Assembly (NCBI GenBank): GCA_045589295.1 | Contig: JAZNOU010000020.1 | Location: 18,719 to 82,718, forward strand | Direction: 5' to 3' | Origin: Clostridia bacterium | GTDB taxonomy: Bacteria; Bacillota; Clostridia; RGIG6154 | Length of the DNA: 64,000 nucleotides | Part shown: piece by piece, positions 60,164 to 64,000 of the stretch | Numbering within the stretch: the first letter of the stretch is position 1 | How the letters are laid out: every line of letters starts with the position of its first letter | The notes under the pieces: generated by a model | Database searches by the model: none | Told to the model about the DNA's origin: nothing | Seen by the model: the letters and a program-made list of their open reading frames with translations, nothing else | Program-made: the position numbers and the translations under genes

Positions 60164-61012
60164 CTATGAAATAGCATGAGCACCGACATTATAATCTGTC
60201 CAAGTTCCCATTTGTGGCCAGGATGCAGTACAATCTGAAAAGATATATGCGCCGAGTCCGCTACGCCATTTCTGAGCATCAAACTTAATCACACGAAGTC
60301 CGTTATAACGCTCCTCCGCCTTCATACTATCGGTAATTGAAAACAATAGGCCATTTTCCCAATAAAGTTCATCTTTTTCGATGTATCCTTGCTCTCTTAA
60401 TTCTTCAAAAGTAAGCTGTAAGCACTGTTTATCATGCGCTTTTGCAAAGATATAACTGATGGCTGACTTTTCGCCCTCTGTCAGTTCTCCGGGGGCTTCA
60501 CTTAAATCAATGCTGATATACTTAATATCGTGATTAAGCCCAGCATCTGTTTCCCATAAATCCTCAAGAACCTTTAAGTACAGACCACTCAAATCATAAC
60601 AAGTTCCGCCGGGATTTCTTTCTGTTCCGATAGAATGACCGTTGATAGTTTTACAAAGAGATGTAATGTCAATGGGAACATCTGCCTCATGACGTATATT
60701 AATAAACTCACTATCACAATAAACATCTATAGGCATACCATCTTCTAAATCTTTAAGTTCTGCCTTCTTGCCATCTATTAAAATATCAATCTTGTTCGCA
60801 TCAAGAGCATATATAAAACTATTTTCTGCTCCTGCAAGGATAAGGTTTCCGCTTTCCGCACCATCAACAATTTTAAACTTTTTATGTTCGTACTTTTCAT
60901 CAAGATACGACACCTGATTTTCCGTTGGTCCATTTACTCCCGGTTTCGCACTATCGCATCCCGAAAGAATTGCAATGGATAAAATCAAGCAAAAAATTAA
61001 ATATCTTTTCAT
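60164..61012 (-). CDS. Hypothetical lipoprotein
   Basis: ILSGC lipobox; GGAGG RBS; KWRSGLGAY motif. Confidence 0.8.
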   Translation of the reverse strand: MKRYLIFCLILSIAILSGCDSAKPGVNGPTENQVSYLDEKYEHKKFKIVDGAESGNLILAGAENSFIYALDANKIDILIDGKKAELKDLEDGMPIDVYCDSEFINIRHEADVPIDITSLCKTINGHSIGTERNPGGTCYDLSGLYLKVLEDLWETDAGLNHDIKYISIDLSEAPGELTEGEKSAISYIFAKAHDKQCLQLTFEELREQGYIEKDELYWENGLLFSITDSMKAEERYNGLRVIKFDAQKWRSGLGAYIFSDCTASWPQMGTWTDYNVGAHAIS

Positions 61013-61042
61013 ATTGCACCTCCAAACCAATTTATACTATTT

Positions 61043-61069
61043 AGACGTTTTTTGAAGGAAAAAGTTTCC
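61043..61069 (-). promoter_or_regulatory. ECF sigma-type promoter
   Basis: GGAAAC-N16-CGTCT, similar to SigW/SigX/SigV-type AAC/CGT consensus. Confidence 0.6.
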
Positions 61070-61108
61070 TCACATATAATACAATTTTAAATGCTAAAAA
61101 GTTGCATT

Positions 61109-61969
61109 TTAATCAAATATTGCTCCATCAACAACGGGTGCAAAAGATTCTGTTGCATCGCTTGAATACTTATACTTCGGTATTCTTGATGATTTGCTTT
61201 CAATAAATTTATATCCTTCGCCCTCTAATATCTCAAAGGTATATACATTGTTTCCATCATCTGTTTTACAGATAATCTCGTTATCTTTGACCTCGTATGT
61301 TCCTTGTGCTATATAGCTTGAGAACATAGACCAAAAGAACTGAAATTTTCGATTCTCTTTATCAAGTGAAAGATAAGGTTTTGACATTTCTTCCACAGAT
61401 TCTTCATAGGTGTAAATGCGACTTTTATCAGCCGCATTCACAAGAATCCTTTCGAGCTCTTCCATGTCCTTGTCACTTATTTTAGCTTGTTTATTGCCTC
61501 TTTTTATCTCACGGCAACTAATAAGAATATCGTATGTGTAATTGTCATAGGTAATTGCATAATCTATAATACCATCACAAGGCTCGTCTATGTATTTGGA
61601 GTGTTTAAGCAAGTTGGTAATGAAATCAACATCTGCTTTTTCAGAAATTTGGAATGTGTTGTTTGTTCCAAAAGACTTGACATCCAAAATCTCATTTGTT
61701 GGCTTTTCATAATTCATAAACCAACTGCCCATTTTAACACCGATATTGCTTTTATATGGCTCGTCAGGAGAAATGCCGACATATCTCACTACTTTATATC
61801 CGAGTCCCCAATATGTAACCTTACTGCCATCCTGACTTACGATTTTTATACAACACTCCGGCTCATGACCTGTGGATACATTCGCCGTGTCAATATATTT
61901 AGTAATCAAGCTCGCAATAATGAGAACTACTAAAACACAAATTGCAATTATAAGACCTTTTTTCTTCAT
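61109..61969 (-). CDS. Membrane-anchored hypothetical protein
   Basis: N-terminal TM, 286 aa, AGGAG RBS, ATGA overlap. Confidence 0.78.
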   Translation of the reverse strand: MKKKGLIIAICVLVVLIIASLITKYIDTANVSTGHEPECCIKIVSQDGSKVTYWGLGYKVVRYVGISPDEPYKSNIGVKMGSWFMNYEKPTNEILDVKSFGTNNTFQISEKADVDFITNLLKHSKYIDEPCDGIIDYAITYDNYTYDILISCREIKRGNKQAKISDKDMEELERILVNAADKSRIYTYEESVEEMSKPYLSLDKENRKFQFFWSMFSSYIAQGTYEVKDNEIICKTDDGNNVYTFEILEGEGYKFIESKSSRIPKYKYSSDATESFAPVVDGAIFD

Positions 61970-62262
61970 CTGTCATTCCTCCTTTGAATAGCTTTAGCTA
62001 TGATATGAGTAATTTTTGCAAGGAGCAGAGCTAACCCAATTATTAGAAGTATTATAAAGTATATGTATGCTTCTAATTGCATCCAACTTCCGGTTCGGTA
62101 CAACCCGAAGAACTCAACATATAACAATGCCGAGTATATCGCACCAATCACACATAAATATAATGGAATCAGCTTTATATGTTTGTTTTTAGCCTTCAGG
62201 CACAACCATAATTGGATAAGATATGATACGATAAATAAACCTATCGCAAAACCTATATACAT
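61966..62262 (-). CDS. Hypothetical 3-TM membrane protein
   Basis: AAGGAG RBS; hydrophobic. Confidence 0.7.
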   Translation of the reverse strand: MYIGFAIGLFIVSYLIQLWLCLKAKNKHIKLIPLYLCVIGAIYSALLYVEFFGLYRTGSWMQLEAYIYFIILLIIGLALLLAKITHIIAKAIQRRNDR

Positions 62263-62298
62263 ATCATCAGCTCCTTTCAGTTTTTATGCGAATTTATT

Positions 62299-62550
62299 TT
62301 ATCTAATTAGACTCAATGCATAATCATAATCATTTCTATGAACATAAATCTTATATTCATAAGAATAGTTTTGATTTATTCCAAAGCTTCCATATCTGCC
62401 TCTTTTATTTTCAAACACAGACGGACTTTGAAGATTGGTTACTTTAGTTGTATAGTCAATACCATTCGCAGATAAAATATTACGAACATTTGACTGTTGG
62501 TTCATGTCCATTGTAATAAGCAATTCTTTTCGATTGAAAATTGTAATCAT
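62299..62550 (-). CDS. Small hypothetical protein (possibly DUF2007-like)
   Basis: LSANGIDY, YKIYVHRNDYDYA; GGAGG RBS. Confidence 0.7.
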   Translation of the reverse strand: MITIFNRKELLITMDMNQQSNVRNILSANGIDYTTKVTNLQSPSVFENKRGRYGSFGINQNYSYEYKIYVHRNDYDYALSLIR

Positions 62551-62571
62551 CTTTTGTCCTCCACGAATTTT

Positions 62572-62829
62572 TTATTCTTCTTTTAATTCTTTACCACACT
62601 TAGGGCAATGTTCGGGAACTGCACCACGAACATTCATAAGCGAATACCCACAATGAGGGCAAACATAGAATATAAAAGCTTGTATAGCTGCAATAGCAAA
62701 CACTATTATTCCGGTAGCCATAAAGCCAACCGTTACTTTTTCATTTTCAAATCCAATGCCGATTGCCATAATCAAGATTCCAAGAGCAAAGCCTATCCAC
62801 ATTAAGTTTCTGCTTTTTCTGAAATTCAT
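62572..62829 (-). CDS. 2-TM protein with C-terminal zinc ribbon
   Basis: CPHCG...CPKCG. Confidence 0.75.
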   Translation of the reverse strand: MNFRKSRNLMWIGFALGILIMAIGIGFENEKVTVGFMATGIIVFAIAAIQAFIFYVCPHCGYSLMNVRGAVPEHCPKCGKELKEE

Positions 62830-62843
62830 ATAGTCAGCTTCTT

Positions 62844-63128
62844 TCAAAGTTTAATCTCGCATTTTGACGGCTTATCTTTATCATAGTAAACATCTACATT
62901 TCCAAAGAGCCCGATTGCATCAGTTCTTAATCCTATATACTTTCTTTTCTTATACTGAATTCCGTCAACCTCGTATGTAAAAGTCATTATATAAGGGAAT
63001 ATTGCACCATCAAGAGCGTGCATCCTGATAGGCTTTGTATTTACCTTTATCCACCAACATTTTGTAACTTTTTGAATAGTGCCTTTTACAATATTATTCT
63101 GTGCTATGATTTTATCGCTCTTTGACAT
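62844..63128 (-). CDS. Hypothetical protein (DUF3592-like beta domain)
   Basis: FTYEVDG, VDVYYDKDKP. Confidence 0.65.
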   Translation of the reverse strand: MSKSDKIIAQNNIVKGTIQKVTKCWWIKVNTKPIRMHALDGAIFPYIMTFTYEVDGIQYKKRKYIGLRTDAIGLFGNVDVYYDKDKPSKCEIKL

Positions 63129-63145
63129 GAGCAACACCACCTTTA

Positions 63146-63466
63146 TCAGAAAATTCCTTTGTTATATTTGAACTGTGCATAGAGTATAAAAACTATACCC
63201 ACAATAACCGTTATAAGAGTTATTGCACCGCCTATAAGCACAGCGATATTCATTTTTACAAGCATATTAAGAACGGCAGAGAAAATAAGTCCTCCGGCAA
63301 TTATGAGTGTTCCAATACCCACAAACTTTCCGTATTTAGGTCTTGTTTCTTCTGTTATGCGTGTTCTGTTATACCAATGCACACTTGCTATGTTTCCCTT
63401 TACATTCTCAATGCCGATAATAGTCAAGAGAACACCAAGAATAAGCATTGTTATATTTACACCCAT
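63146..63466 (-). CDS. Hypothetical 3-TM membrane protein
   Basis: AAGGAG RBS; QFKYNKGIF C-terminus. Confidence 0.72.
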   Translation of the reverse strand: MGVNITMLILGVLLTIIGIENVKGNIASVHWYNRTRITEETRPKYGKFVGIGTLIIAGGLIFSAVLNMLVKMNIAVLIGGAITLITVIVGIVFILYAQFKYNKGIF

Positions 63467-63478
63467 AGAAATCGCTCC

Positions 63479-64000
63479 TTACTTTGCTTTCTTTTTCTTT
63501 ATCAGATAACCAACTATCGCACCAATGCCACCTGCAATAACTACACCAAGTAAAACACCATAAACAATATATCTTGCATAAGGAGATTCAAGTGGAGGAA
63601 GTTTTTCGGTTTTATCGGTCATAAACTGTTGCAGTTTTCCTAAATCAGCAGAACTGATTTTGTACTTCGGTTGTCCAACAAAACTTTGTGCCGGATGACT
63701 CTCAGTAACTTTTCCATCGTATGAAATAGATACTGCTGCACCAATTTTATCTGTTTCTGTGACTATCCAAAAGTCAAGTCCGGGATTATGATGCTCTGTT
63801 GGTTTGATTTCCGTACAGATTATATCATCAGCAACCTTAAAGAACTTTTTTCTTTCAACCTGATTAACTTTCGTATCAATGCCATCAGGATAATAAAATG
63901 CGACATCACTCTCGCTATCGTCATATCCACCAAGCAGTTCAGACAGAGTTATTGTTTCTCCGTTTTCTACAACAAGTTCATTATTGAGTCTATCAATTCT
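63479..64000 (-). CDS. Partial protein with C-terminal TM anchor, 5' end outside window
   Basis: Manual translation open for 173 codons, ending YIVYGVLLGVVIAGGIGAIVGYLIRKRKQK*. Confidence 0.75.
   Translation of the reverse strand, partial: RIDRLNNELVVENGETITLSELLGGYDDSESDVAFYYPDGIDTKVNQVERKKFFKVADDIICTEIKPTEHHNPGLDFWIVTETDKIGAAVSISYDGKVTESHPAQSFVGQPKYKISSADLGKLQQFMTDKTEKLPPLESPYARYIVYGVLLGVVIAGGIGAIVGYLIKKKKAK

Overview
AT-rich chromosomal segment from a spore-forming anaerobic Firmicute (Clostridia-like), with most genes on the minus strand. Positions 1-53.5 kb are core genome: partial PFOR, apbE, the rpmH-rnpA-yidD-yidC-jag-mnmE-mnmG-rsmG-noc cluster (here without its usual dnaA and parA/parB neighbours), metK, recD2/comF, holB-PSP1-ferredoxin-rsmI, guaB, two-component genes, rnfCDGEAB, a heavy-metal efflux operon, pfk, aroF-tyrA and a pyruvate formate-lyase locus. 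Positions 53.5-64 kb are an accessory region of short secreted, lipoprotein and membrane genes. Two observations stand out. (1) The PFL is cleanly split: a 699-aa catalytic barrel lacking the glycyl-radical loop, then a separately translated 80-aa glycyl-radical domain coupled to pflA. (2) A ~70-bp repeat with a palindromic core (3 clear copies plus 1 degenerate copy; the clear copies are 608 and 610 bp apart) brackets unrelated genes behind one upstream promoter, resembling a gene-cassette array, although no recombinase lies in the window. No rRNA, tRNA, CRISPR, integrase or transposase was recognised. All calls come from motif recognition by eye; no searches were run.
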